NCBI GenBank assembly: GCA_030390025.1
Contig: CM059433.1
Location: forward strand, 14,572,001-14,636,000
Length of the DNA: 64,000 nt
Direction: 5' to 3'
From: Squalus acanthias
Lineage: Eukaryota
Position numbers and translations under genes: made by a program. The notes under the pieces were generated by a model, which was given only the letters and a program-made list of their open reading frames with translations, did not search any database and was not told where the DNA came from. Of this stretch, positions 12,215-24,057 are shown piece by piece (the first letter of the stretch is position 1; every line of letters starts with the position of its first letter).

Positions 12215-13055
12215 AGTGTACAGTGGGAGGAGCAAAGGTGAATTCACAGGCCTCCCACAACTGCAGCCTGGTAACTATCCAGCTCTTGTGTCTGGTCCCC
12301 CTTCTCACTCACTGCCACTCAGGCATACATACAACCACACTAACATTGCGTGGAGGAGTCTGTGTGAAGGTGGGTCTCGGAGTCAACAGTCTGTCATCGG
12401 TGGTGGGGAGGCTTTTGAGGACAATGATCCGGGAGTAAATTGACAGCCACTTGGACAAACATGGACCAGCGGAGGAGAGCGGACACAGATTTGTTGAGGG
12501 CGGGTCGAGTTTGGCTAACTTGATTGAGTTTTTTGATGAGGTGGTGGAAGGGGTGGATGGGGGCGGTGCGGTTGGTGTTGTGTGCATTGACTTTCGGCGG
12601 GCATTTGATAAAGTACCACAAGTTAGGCTTGTCAGCAAAATTAAAGCCCGTGTTCTCCTTACAGCAGAGAAGGAGAAGAGAAGATTTGATAGAGGTGTTT
12701 AACATCATGAAGGGTTCAGATAGAGTAAATAAAGAGAAACTGTTTCCAATGGCTAAAGGGTCGATAAGGAGAGGGCACAGACATAAGGTGAGTGGCAAAA
12801 GCACCAGAGGCGACATAAGGGAAAACTTTTTTTACGCAACGAGTGGTTAGGATTTGGAATGCACTGCCTGATAGGATGGTGGATACAGATTCAATAGTAG
12901 CCGTCAAAAGGGAATTGGATAAATACTTGAAGGAGAAAAAATTGCAGGGATATGGGGAAAGAGCAGGGCTAACTGGATTGCTCTCAGAAAGAGCCGGCGC
13001 AGACTCGATGGGCCGAATGGCCTCCTTCTGTGCTGTATTATTCCATGATTTTATG
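12215..13055 (+). mobile_element. Internally deleted CR1 fragment with 3' tail
   Basis: LANLIEFFDEV, DFRRAFDKVP, DLIEVFNIMKG and VRIWNALP remnants, ending in the gggccgaatggcctcc tail. Confidence 0.9.
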
Positions 13056-13139
13056 TCCCTCTTCCGTCATTGTAGGTCTGGAAAAGCAGACCTCAGCAAG
13101 ACCGCACCTCAAGGCAAGCTGCACCCCTCTCACCAGCAG

Positions 13140-13350
13140 TTGAAAGCACTAGTACAGCGACACCCATTCCAGAGGATGCAATTAGTTAGCGTGAGGAGGT
13201 AGCACTTGATGAGTCACTGTCACAAATGAGGTGAACCATGTGGTAGAAGAGGAGCAGGTACTTGCTGCCCTGATGGCCATTTGGCTGCCGTCAATGGCCT
13301 CTTGTACTTTGGGAAATGCAGTCGTGTGATGGTGACATAGTCTGGCTGGT
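13140..13350 (-). pseudogene. Decayed Harbinger (HARBI1-like) DDE transposase fragment
   Basis: Minus strand reads AFPKVQEAIDGSQMAIRA (core at 13287-13319), then HMVHLICD. This resembles the family pattern GFPxVxGAIDGTH..VQxVCD. Confidence 0.6.
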
Positions 13351-13449
13351 TTGCTATTTGGTAAGTGCTAGCCCTGCCGACCAGTGCGTTAGTCACTCGT
13401 TTGATTTGTGCACAGGCAGCACAGTGGCTGATATCACAGCTGATCTCTG

Positions 13450-13913
13450 CGCTGAGACCACACCTTGAGTACTGCGTACAGTTTTGGTCTCCTTATTTAA
13501 GGAAGGATATACTTGCATTGGAGGCAGTTCAGAGACGATTCACTCGGTTGATTCCTGAGATGAGGGGGTTGACTTATGAGGAAAGGTTGAGCAGGTTGGG
13601 CCTATACTCATTGGAATTTAGAAGAATGAGAGGTGATCTTATTGAAACATATAAGATGCTGAGGGGGCTCAACAAGGTAGATGCAGAGAGGATGTTTCCC
13701 CTCGTGGGGAAATCTAGAACTCGGGGGCATAGTTTCAGAATAAAGGGTTGCCCTTTTAGAACTGAGATGAGGAGGAATTTCTTCTCTCAGGAGGGTCGTA
13801 AATCTGTGGAATTCTCTGCCCCAGAGAGCTGTGGAGGCTGGGTCATTAAATACATTTAAGGTGGAGATCGACAGATTTTTGCAAGATAAGGGAGTGAAGG
13901 GTTATGGGGAGCA
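13450..13913 (+). mobile_element. CR1 ORF2 C-terminal fragment
   Basis: RPHLEYCVQFWSP..RRMRGDLIETYK. Confidence 0.9.
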
Positions 13914-14097
13914 GGCTGTTGTCGGGAGCGACGAGACCGGAGGTGCTGTGAGGTGCTGTGAGTATTTGAACTCACTTTCGCGGGCTTTTCTTCACAGGCT
14001 GTTGTCGGGAGCGACGAGACCAGAGGTGCTGTGAGTATTTGAACTCACTTTCGCGGGCTTTTCTTCACAGGCTGTTGTCAGGAGCGACGAGACCGGA
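13914..14097 (+). repeat. ~73-bp tandem monomers (about 2.4 copies) at the CR1 5' end
   Basis: ggctgttgtc(g/a)ggagcgacgagacc starts three times. tatttgaactcactttcgcgggcttttcttcaca occurs twice. Confidence 0.9.
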
Positions 14098-14542
14098 AGC
14101 GGACCAGGTGGAAAGCACCCAGGTGAACGGCATTTAAGGAGGGTGGTGGCTTAAACCCGAGTTCCTACAGAGTAGGAACCCCCACCCGCCCTCCTCCTCT
14201 AACCTACTAGTCTTTTAGCAGTCTAAAAACAGAGGTCACAAATTTTTTGGTCTCAGTTTCTTTTCAGCAGGGCAGGACGGTTACCGGGAGGAGCGGGAAG
14301 TCGGCGTAGGACCAAGGGGACACAAGACCGGGAAGTCAGCGAAAGACCAGGGAGGTAAGACTAACTGGTAAGTACTTTCCTCAAACCTTCCTAGAAAGTA
14401 AAACTAAAACTAGTGGGATTTGGTTAGTTTAAAAAGGAATAAGAGGAGTACAGTATACATTGGTCTAAGTAAGCTTCGGGAAAACAAAAGTCAATAAATA
14501 AACTAAAACTAGAAAATTAAAAAGTAATATAAGGGTTAAGTC

Positions 14543-15490
14543 ATGGCAGTAGAGCTCGGACCTGTGTCATGCTCCTCCTGTAACATGTGGGAAATCAGGG
14601 ACGCTTCCTGTGTCCCTGACAACCATGTGTGCGGGAAGTGTGTCCAGCTGCAGCTCATGTGGGACCGCATGACGGCCCTTGAGCTGCGGATGGACTCACT
14701 TTGGAGCATCCACGATTCTGAGAGGGTTGTGGATAGCACATTTAGTGAGTTGGTCACACCGCAGGTTAAGGCCAGCGTAGATAGTACATGGGTGACCAAA
14801 AGGCAGAGCAAGGGCAGGAAGGTAGTGCAGAAATCCCCTGGGGTTGTCTCCCTTAGCAACAGGTTCACCGCCTTAGGTGCTGTTGTCGGGGGGGATGACT
14901 CATCGGGGGAAGGCACCAGCAGCCAGGCTCATGGCACCATGACTGGCTCTGTTGCAAAGAAGGGAGGGAAAAAGAGTGGCAGGGCTATAGTAATAGGGGA
15001 TTTGATTGTAAGGGGAATAGATAGGGGTTTCTGTGGTCGCGACCGAGACTCCAGGATGGTATGTTGCCTCCCTGGTGCAAGGGTCAAGGATGTCTCGGCG
15101 CGGGTGCAGAACATTCTGGAGGGGGAGGGGGAACAGCCAGTTGTCGTGATACATGTTGGTACCAACGACGTAGCTAAAAAAAGGGAAGAGGTCCTACAAG
15201 TAGAATTTAGGGAGTTAGGAGCCAAGCTAAAAAGTAGGACCTCGAAGGTAGTAATCTCTGGATTACTACCAGTGCCACGTGCTAGTAAGAGTACAGAGAA
15301 CAGGATAGTTAGGCTAAATACGTGGCTTGAGCAGTGGTGTAAGAGGGAGGGTTTTAAATTTTTGAGGCATTGGAACCAGTTTTGTGGTAGGTGTGACCTA
15401 TACAAAAGGGACGGTCTACACCTGTGCAATGATGGAACTGATGTTCTCGGGGTAATTTTTGATAAAGCAGTTCGGGAGCATTTAAACTAG
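14543..15490 (+). CDS. CR1 ORF1p: zinc-finger/leucine-zipper N-terminus plus SGNH esterase-like domain (315 aa, open)
   Basis: CxxC..CxxC (CSSC, CGKC), heptad leucines, and SGNH blocks VIGDL, LPGA, HVGTND and DGLHL. Confidence 0.9.
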   Translation: MAVELGPVSCSSCNMWEIRDASCVPDNHVCGKCVQLQLMWDRMTALELRMDSLWSIHDSERVVDSTFSELVTPQVKASVDSTWVTKRQSKGRKVVQKSPGVVSLSNRFTALGAVVGGDDSSGEGTSSQAHGTMTGSVAKKGGKKSGRAIVIGDLIVRGIDRGFCGRDRDSRMVCCLPGARVKDVSARVQNILEGEGEQPVVVIHVGTNDVAKKREEVLQVEFRELGAKLKSRTSKVVISGLLPVPRASKSTENRIVRLNTWLEQWCKREGFKFLRHWNQFCGRCDLYKRDGLHLCNDGTDVLGVIFDKAVREHLN

Positions 15491-15619
15491 TATGGCAGGG
15501 GGCTAGAAACCTATGTAGTGAAATAGAGGAAAGTGAAAGGCAGACAGAAATAAATGGTAAAAGGGTGAGGAACAAAAAACAAAGGGCCAAACTAATTCAT
15601 AAAAAATGTGAGCATAAAA

Positions 15620-17416
15620 AAAGCCTGAGGGTTTTATACCTTAATGCGAGAAGCATCATAACAAGGTAAATGAATTAGCTGTGGAAATAGAGGTTAATAA
15701 TTATGATCTAATTGGGATTACGGAAACATGGTTGCAGGGTGAGCAGGGCTGGGAGCTTAACATACAGGGGTATTCAGTATTTAGGAAGGATCGACAAAAA
15801 AGAAAGGGAGGAGGGGTAGCATTGCTGGTAAAAGAGGGGATAAATGCAATTGAAAGGAAGGATATTAACTCAGTTAATACAGAATCTATATGGGTGGAGC
15901 TAAGAAATAGCGAGGGGCGAAAAACATTAATAGGAGTGGTATATAGGCCTCCAAATAGTAAAATAGAGGTTGGGGAGGGCATCACGAGGGAAATTAGAGA
16001 AGTGTGCAATAAGAGCACAGCTGTCATCATAGGTGACTTTAACTTACATATAGATTGGACTAGCCTAATCAGTAAAAATAATGAGGAGGAGGAATTCCTT
16101 GAGTGTTTAAGGGATGGTTATCTGGATCAATATGTCGAGGAACCAACTCGGGAACAGGCTATATTGGACTGGGTACTGTGCAATGAGAAGGGACTAATTA
16201 GTAATCTTGTTGTACGGGGACCCTTGGGTCAGAGCGATCATAACATGATCGATTTCTCACTCGAAATGGAGAGCGAAGAAATTGACTCAGAGACTAAGGT
16301 CCTGAATTTAAACAAGGGGAATTATGATGCCATTAGACGGGAACTGAGTAGGTCTGATTGGACAACGTTCCTGGGAGGACTGGAGGTAGATAAACAATGG
16401 CAAGCATTTAAAGATAGAATGACAAAATTGCAAAAATTGTTTATACCAATCTGGCATAAAAGGAAATCTAAAAAGGTGACTCAACCGTGGATAACAGGGG
16501 AAATTAGAGACAGCATAAAATCCAAAGATAGGGCGTATAAAATAGCCAAAAAAAGCGCCAGAGCGGAAGATTGGGAACAGTTTAAGATAGAGCAAAGGAG
16601 GACAAAGGGCTTAATCAAGAGGGGCAAAATAGCTTACGAAAGCAAGCTGGCGGAAAATATAAAAACTAACTCCAAAAGCTTTTATAAGTATATCAAGAGG
16701 AAAAGGCTGGTGAAAACCAAAGTTGGTCCATTGCAGTCAGATACGGGGGAATATATAACGGGAAATAAGGAAATGGCAGACCAACTAAATGCATACTTTG
16801 GGTCAGTCTTTACGAAGGAAGACATAAAAAACCTCCCTGGGATATCGGGAAAAATAGGGACATTGGCAAAGGAGGAACTGACGCAAATCTATATCTCTAA
16901 GGATATGGTGTTAAGGAAGCTAAAGAGATTGAAGGCGGACAAATCCCCAGGGCCTGATAACATGCATCCTAGGGTACTGAAGGAGGTGGCCCTAGAGATA
17001 GCGGATGCACTAAGTATGATTTTTCAGAATTCATTAGACTCGGGAACAGTGCCCATGGATTGGAGGGTAGCTAACGTTACCCCACTATTCAAAAAGGGGG
17101 GTAGGGAAAAAGCAGGTAATTACAGACCTGTAAGCCTTACATCAGTTGTGGGCAAAATGCTGGAGTCCATCATTAAGGATGAAATAGCGGAGCACTTAGC
17201 AAATGGGGACAGGATAGGACAGAGTCAACATGGATTTACAAAGGGTAAATCGTGCTTGACTAATCTATTGGAATTTTTTGAGGGAGTAACTGGTAAAATA
17301 GATGGGGGAGAGCCAGTAGATGTGGTGTACCTGGACTTCCAAAAGGCCTTCGACAAGGTCCCACATAAAAGATTAGCATGGAAAATTGAAGCTCATGGGA
17401 TAAAGGGGAAAGTTTT
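15620..17416 (+). pseudogene. CR1 ORF2 (APE endonuclease plus partial RT), frameshifted near 15658 and lacking the FADD catalytic region
   Basis: LYLNARSI is out of frame with [37 protein letters not shown] and [11 protein letters not shown]. Confidence 0.92.
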
Positions 17417-17581
17417 GAGACGCTCCTTAAAACTGACCACTTTGACCAAGCTTTTGGTCACCTGTCTCAACATCTCTTTATGTGGCTCAGTGTCAAATTG
17501 TGTTTGATAACGCTCCTGTGAAGCACCTTGGGACCTTTTACTACATCAAAGGCGCTATATAAATGCAAGTTGTTGTTGTTT
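17417..17581 (+). mobile_element. L2-type 3' tail
   Basis: Matches 3104-3276 (ctttgaccaagctt..ggcgctatataaa..(gtt)n). Confidence 0.85.
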
Positions 17582-18809
17582 TAATAACAGTTACAAAGCC
17601 AATGGAATTTTTTTTTTTAAATGCCATGCCCCTTCAAGACCTCCTTTACACATGGTGCTTAAGACAACTCCAGATGAACAGACTGAGCACACATTGTAAA
17701 AGATAGAAATCACGCCTGCTCAAATTAGTGTTAATTATGCCCTTACTGAAATATTAAAATGAGGCTTTTGCACAAATTCTACATCAATCTGTACAGGTAT
17801 TAAGCCTAACTGGAAATCCGTATGCTACTGAATATCCAATCTACATCCTAATGAATCAAGCCTGTGGGAGCATATCCCTCTGGCTAGAAAATTTCCCCTT
17901 AAAGATGGAAGATAAATGAAAGATTCTCAGTTTGAAAATGTTCTGCTGCGGAAGGTATTAAGTGAAAGCAGGCTGAGAAAGGAATGAGAACATAAGGCAG
18001 CAAATCAATAAGGTAAATGACTGCTTGACAGAATCAAAACAAAGCAGTTACAATGCTTTGGGTGTGCTGTAGTGAACGGCCACAGATAGACTGCCTGTAC
18101 TCACATTAAACCCTCATGTCAGTGGCACCGCAAGTCACGGTCGATGGTGCCAGCGATGGATTGAATCTATCAAAGAATCAACGATTGGAGGACAACTCAG
18201 AATGTGGTCTGTACAGGAGACAGATGCAACAGTGCTGGGCTGTCATGAGACTTCAATGACCTTAGACCAAGGCTGCAGGGAATATAATGATGCTGCTGAT
18301 GTGTGCTTGTCAGGGTAGTGAAGGATCTTTTAGTCATGTTATTACAACTATCAGCATTTTTAGATTATTACAGTTTAAGATAAATACCTCTTTACCTGTT
18401 CCTGTACATCTGTGTTTCATCCCTTAAGTCAGACTGTAAAGCTTGATATATTTTTCAAGGGAAATAAACATTATAATTATTAAGGATTTCACATCCCTGT
18501 TTCATTTCTGTTTTCAAGTGAATTTCACTGTGGGGAATGGTTTCTTGTTTGTTATTTATATGAAGTTCATAAACCCATTCTTTAGACTCATGTTTATGAT
18601 TTTGCTACAAATAATGAAGAACAAAAAAAAGTTCTGTATTTTTTATTCGATGCAAGTGTACATTTTATTTAAGGCAGTTCAGGTCACACTACGCTACATT
18701 CCTTCTGCTGTCAAGAGGGTCGACAGGTTAGCTGGTCTCGGGCTTCTGTGAGTGCGACCAGAAGTCATGCAATTGCAACCAGGTTCGTGGCTCCGCTGTC
18801 TCCTCCCAA

Positions 18810-20190
18810 ACTTCCTATAATATTCTGGCATGCATACCATCTGGCCTTGGTGACACCTTTACTTTTCAGTCCCATTAACTTTTTTTTAAATAGAGATTCC
18901 TACTGAATATTTAACTCCAGTAGTAGTTTTTCAACATCCTCTTCCGGGACCCGCACAGTTTTACTTTGACCTTTCTCTGTAAAAACCGAAGCAAAATACT
19001 TATTAAGCATCTTGTGTATACTTGTATATTTCTCATTGTTTGCTTCTGTATAATTCTCTTGTATTAAACATTTTTGCTCTAATCTGGGCTATGCCCCTTT
19101 TCATTCCACTGAAGTTACCCAAGATCCAGTCCAACACACTTATCTTGGACTTTTCTCTTCATCTGTTTTTGGTGTGAACCTAATTAGAGTCTAGTAATTC
19201 TTTTCCAAGTGTACTTCTAGCTTCAGGTTTTTACAAGTCTTGTTTGTCACTCAAAATCCAGCACTAGTTCGATAGGTAATGCATTTGGGGAGGGCTAACA
19301 AGGCAAGGGGATACACTATAACTGGTAGGACACTGAGAAGTGCAGAAGATCAGAGGGACCTTGGAGTGCATGTCCACAGATCCCTGAAGGTAGCAGGACA
19401 GGTAGATAAGGTGGTTAAGAAGGCATACGGGATACTTGCCTTTATTAGCCGAGGCACGGAATATAAGAGCAGGGAGGTTATGCTTGAACTGTATAAAACA
19501 CTAGTTAGGCCGCAGCTAGAGTACTGCGTGCAGTTCTGGACACCACATTACAGGAAGGATGTGATTGCACTAGAGAGGGTGCAGAGGAGATTTACGAGGA
19601 TGTTGCCTGGACTGGGGAATTTTAGCTATGAGGAAAGATTGGATAGGCTGGGGTTGTTTTCTTTGGAACAGAGGAGGCTGAGGGGAGACCTAATTGAGGT
19701 GTATAAAATTATGAGGGGCCTAGATAGAGTGGATAGGAAGGATCTATTTCCCTTAGCAGAAGGGTCAATAACCAGGGGGCATAGATTTAAAGTAATTGGT
19801 CGGAGGGTTAGAGGGGATTTGAGGAGAAATTTTACACCCAGAGGGTGGTGGGGGTCTGGAACTCACTGCCTGAAAGGGTGGTAGAGGCAGAAACCCTCAT
19901 CACATTTAAAAAGTACTTGGATATGCATTTGAAGTGCCGCAAACTACAGGGCTACGGACCAAGAGCTGGAAAGTGGGATTAGGCTGGATAGCTTTGTCGG
20001 CCGGCACAGAGAAGATGGGATGAATGACCTCCTTCTGTGCTGTAAATTTGTATGATTCTATGATACTGATTAAAAAAAAACAGTCCAAAAGTCATTCTAG
20101 AAATTCCTCCTCATTTTGACCACAAGTTTCAGTTGTATCTTAATCGACCTTAGGATAATTGAAGTCCCACATGATTACAATTCGGGTACA
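18810..20190 (-). mobile_element. Ancient CR1-like ORF2 remnant, split by a younger CR1; a probable further piece lies at ~22850-22990
   Basis: Minus strand reads IVIMWDFNYP..NEEEFLE (~20100-20185), LNKYFASVFTEK (~18975-19010) and SPRPDGMHARIL (~18820-18855). Confidence 0.7.
19275..20065 (+). mobile_element. CR1 3' fragment
   Basis: 201-aa ORF with RDLGV, LVRPQLEYCVQFW and RLRGDLIEVYK, followed by the tail gtatgattctatga. Confidence 0.95.
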
Positions 20191-20199
20191 ATTACTGAT

Positions 20200-21600
20200 C
20201 TCTATGAATTGCCCATAAATCTCACCTCCAAGTCTGTGCAATGCCTCCTGTGCATGCAAGGTTTATATAATGGATAACATCGTGCATCAGCTAGGTTGCT
20301 ATGTGAAGATTTTTGGCCTTTGCCTGGGAGAATGACACCCATTTCAGTAAAGGAAATCGGATTGTTCCAAACGTTTGTATCATTGCTGCTGCAAATCATA
20401 ATGGTGCAAGTTCTTGGAATCCTTTTCCCTTCATGTCTACGGCATAAGGGTTCCTCAGTGGGTAGGTAATGCAACATACAGCATTTAGCAGCCTCATTTT
20501 TTCAAAGCCTTGCAGTGAGTCAATGGGCTGGATTTTGATACTGGGGCGGGTTGGGGTCGTGTCATCCGCATTTCGTGTTATCCACCCGACTGCAATTGGA
20601 TGTGGGAGATTGATGCGATTTTCACCTAATTGGGCAATTGAGTTCCAGCATGTGGGAACCCATGAACCAATTAGTGGTTTCAGTCTGAAAGTCGCCTCTG
20701 ATGATGTCATCATTGATGCTGCATTGAAGGTCAGAGACTGCCTGGCCTTTGCTGTGAGAGGACCTGGATGCAAAATGAGCAGCAGCTCTATCTGTAGGAG
20801 AGAGAGAGAGAGAGAGAGAGAATTTTTTTTGCTCCACCACTCCCAGATGCCAGCCAGCCACTCACTGATACTCAGCGCAGCCACTGATATTCAGCTATCC
20901 ACATATGCTACCGCCTTCAGAACAGGCGTGCTTCACGTAGAACAAGGGTTAAAATCACAAAGGCCTTTCAAAATGGCATTATAGAGGCAATTTAGTGCTT
21001 GTTAAGGGCCTTAACAGCCTATCCCGTCTCTTAAAGGCGGGACGCAGGCGGGACCAGCAGACACGATTTCATCAAAATTGCGTGGAGGCGGGATGGAGGC
21101 GGACTTGTGCCCGCCCGCCACTTTTTGCAATTTTAACCCCCCACACGCCTCCAAACCCGCCGCCACGGGTCAATGAAAATCCAGCCCATTATGTTCATAT
21201 ACTGCAGGCAGAGGCAATTGGATGGGGATAAAGGAACTATGTGATACTCTTGTCACTATGAAGTCAATATTACCCAAGACCTTAGGGAAGCCAACAATGG
21301 AGCAAGATCATTTCCATCTCTATTTATGTAAGAATGGATGAGCCAGTGACCCCTATGAAGCAATGAATTGGTCTCTTGAATACAGGTGGCTAATGGTCAA
21401 GAATTCCTTTCTCCCCAATTCCCTTGTCCCTGTGAATTATTGGAATTCAAGGCTAACCACAAACAGTCTCAAGCCATCTACTAACATTTGATAAACTTAA
21501 GTAATTGTCTCCCTAGATAGCTTCCACCTCTTAGACAACTTTCCCCTGTTGGTCCTAGGTGTAATTCTGGTCCTGTAAATAATCTCCGTCAGATATGAGC
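20200..21600 (-). pseudogene. Highly decayed Harbinger (HARBI1-like) transposase interrupted by a MITE
   Basis: Minus strand, in the expected order: IYRTR..KRWKLSRETIT*VYQML (~21485-21585), IVGFPKVLGNID (21263-21298), and a weaker LADARCYPL (~20270-20295). Confidence 0.6.
20525..21187. mobile_element. PIF/Harbinger-like MITE
   Basis: Perfect 12-bp TIR gggctggatttt / aaaatccagccc. Flanks aat / att (imperfect 3-bp TSD). Confidence 0.85.
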
Positions 21601-21956
21601 ACGTGCTATTGGCAGGAAGCTTGGCTTACCAGCCGTACATATCAAGAACTTATGGGCAGATTGACCATGATTCTCTGTCCATTCATAAAATCAACCCTGT
21701 AATCTGCTTCTGAGAATATGTGCCAGTGTGTCCTAAACTCCATTTGTCCCATTCTTCCTGGGCAGTGAAGATAGTTTTGTCCTCTTGTTTGGTTTGGAGA
21801 AGTATTCTTTTGATAATAACTGCGTTAAGCTTGCATTTAAAATGGCCTGGTGTCCAGACCACCTAAGGATTGAATTGGATCTGTCCACCAATTAATAGGC
21901 ACACCTGCTGTTTTCCATGCATAATCAGAAATCCATTGCCATCATTTGAACTTACA

Positions 21957-22770
21957 AGTCGCAAAATTCAGCTACACCCCGTTTGGGGGCAGTAACCGAG
22001 TTAAGGCTGGCCATTTAGAGTCTGGCACGGAAGTACCGTCCCGGCCGCTAAATTTGGCTTACCGCCCCACACAGGCAGTGGAGCGCAATTTCAGGCGCTC
22101 CACTTCCTGGTGGGGCGGTTACCGAGGCGATGTCAGGGCGCGATCGGCAGCGCTCGGTGGAGGCTCCACGTTTCAACGCCCCACCCCTTCAGTGAAAGGG
22201 GAAGGCCATAGCATACTCTGCAGGGTCTCCGATGGCCCACTCTAGGCCACCAGGACGGCGTGGTGCCTCAGCTGCAGCCCGGCGCCAATATGCAGTGCCG
22301 GGTTGCGCGATGGCAGCCAGGACCACGCTACGGCCCACCACGGAGGGCCGACCTGGAGGCCGGCCAAAAAAATAAAATGGCGGAGCAGGTCGCGGCTGCG
22401 CCTCCCCTTTAAATACCACCCCGCAAGCGGAGGTCAGCCCGGTTTGTGACCCGTGAGGTTGGCGTGGACATCGCCCGCGGCAGCCTCGCGGGGCACAGCC
22501 AAATTTCTGCCGTGGGGCGGTAAGGGACCGTGGCGGGGTGCTAAGGGATCGTGGTGCACGGTGATGATGTCATCGCCGGAGGCGCTGCGGCCCGGGGTGC
22601 TACCAGCGGGGGCGTGGCGCTATCAGGTAGCGCCTCAGCAGTGCCCCGCCGAATTTCTCGGGAGGTGCTTTTTTCGCACCCCTGCCGGGCGATAAGCCCT
22701 TTGCGGCCCGTTAGCGCCACCCCCCCCCCCTACCCGGAGGCGCTAAAGGCAGGAGTCGAATTTCTAGCCC
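21957..22770. mobile_element. CpG-rich TIR element related to 57677-58375
   Basis: Right end gaatttctagccc is the reverse complement of gggctagaaattc at ~57677. Recurrent ttagcgcc / ggcgctaa motifs. Confidence 0.7.
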
Positions 22771-23014
22771 ATAGTCTATATTGAATAACTCATTCATGGC
22801 GCATTGCACTGTTCTTCTCTGGATGGTGGATGACCATTGTTAAAATTACTGACAGCAGGACACTCACCACCTCTAGTGTCTTATGACAGATTTTGGATCC
22901 TGTCTCTACCATACAAGCTAACTTAATATCCAATTAGAGAGAACTTATATTGTGCACTTAACTCTACTTGTAAGTATCATCATTGACTTACCCATAAAGA
23001 GCCTCTCTGGGCTA

Positions 23015-23306
23015 CAATAACATAGGAACCGGAGTAGGCCATTGAGCCCCTCGAGCCTGTTCCGCCAATCAATGAGATCATGGCTGATCTGCGACCTAAC
23101 TCCATATACCCGCCTTTGGCCCATATCCCTAATACCTTTGGTTAACAAAAAGCTATCAATCTCCTATTTAAAATTAACAATTGATCTAGCATCAATTGCC
23201 ATTTGCGGAAGAGAGTTCCAAACTTCTCCCACCCTTTGCGTGTAGAAGTGTTTCCTAATTTCACTCCTGAAACGTCTGGCTCTAAATTTTAGACTCTGCC
23301 CCCTAG
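23015..23306 (-). mobile_element. CR1 3' end
   Basis: ggagtaggccatt..cctcgagcctgttccgcca..gagatcatggctgatc 3' UTR on the minus strand. Confidence 0.85.
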
Positions 23307-23914
23307 CAGCTCTATTATTTTTACTTCTAGTTCCTCAATAGAAATATCTACAGTATTTCAAGCTGCCAGAGTGCACTTGGTGGAACGCTATCAGCTAAGA
23401 GGATCATAAGAGCCATATTCCTTCTCTCAAAAGGAAGCAATCATGTTGGAATTTTGTGATGTATTTCCTTCGTTTCCATTGAATATCTGGGAGCATTTGG
23501 CAAACACTTAACAAAAGAAAAGGGGAAATATCGACCACGATCGGTTTCTAAGAGATTAGCATAAAGAGCTTGCTACTCTGTGGAATAAATATTTTGAAAA
23601 GAAACTCATGGTGACATTATCCCAGCACGACTCCTCAGTATGAAATGCCTTTAAAATTCTCATCCTCATTCTCCCTTTATGGTCACACCCTCCCTATCTC
23701 TAAACCCTTCTCTAGCCTTACAACCCCACCCCCAAACTCTCCTTTCCTCTGACCCTGGCATTCCCTCATTGTTGTGCATTTTCCCTCTCTCTTGGCGGAG
23801 GTGCCTTCAATCGCCTAAGCCTCGTGCTCTTGCATTCTCTCCCCAAACCCCTCTGCCTCCCCAAGTCCCTTTAAGACCCTCCTCTTTAATCAAGCTTCCG
23901 GTCACCCCTCAGAA

Positions 23915-24057
23915 TGGGCTGGATTTTACGATTGGAGGCGCTGAATTTCACAGGAGGTGTTAGCGGCACTGCGCCCAGGCGCTAGGTGCTTTGCGCCCTG
24001 TTAGCGCTGCCCCCCAGGGCGCTAACGGGAGGCGCAAAGCAACTAAATTTTCCCCCC
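23915..24057. mobile_element. Short TIR element
   Basis: Starts gggctggatttt, ends aaattttcccccc. Internal gttagcgc..gcgctaac inverted pair. Confidence 0.6.

Larger units (their letters stand above)
13914..17416 (+). mobile_element. CR1 LINE retaining its 5' region (5' UTR repeats, ORF1, ORF2) but truncated at the 3' end
   Basis: ~73-bp 5' repeats, open ORF1, then endonuclease and N-terminal RT. Switches abruptly to an L2-type tail at ~17417. Confidence 0.92.

Noticed and set aside
21957..22770. CpG-island-like stretch (also 57677-58375 and 9649-10477)
   Set aside because: CpG richness is confined within TIR-bounded elements, so it is not evidence of a host promoter.
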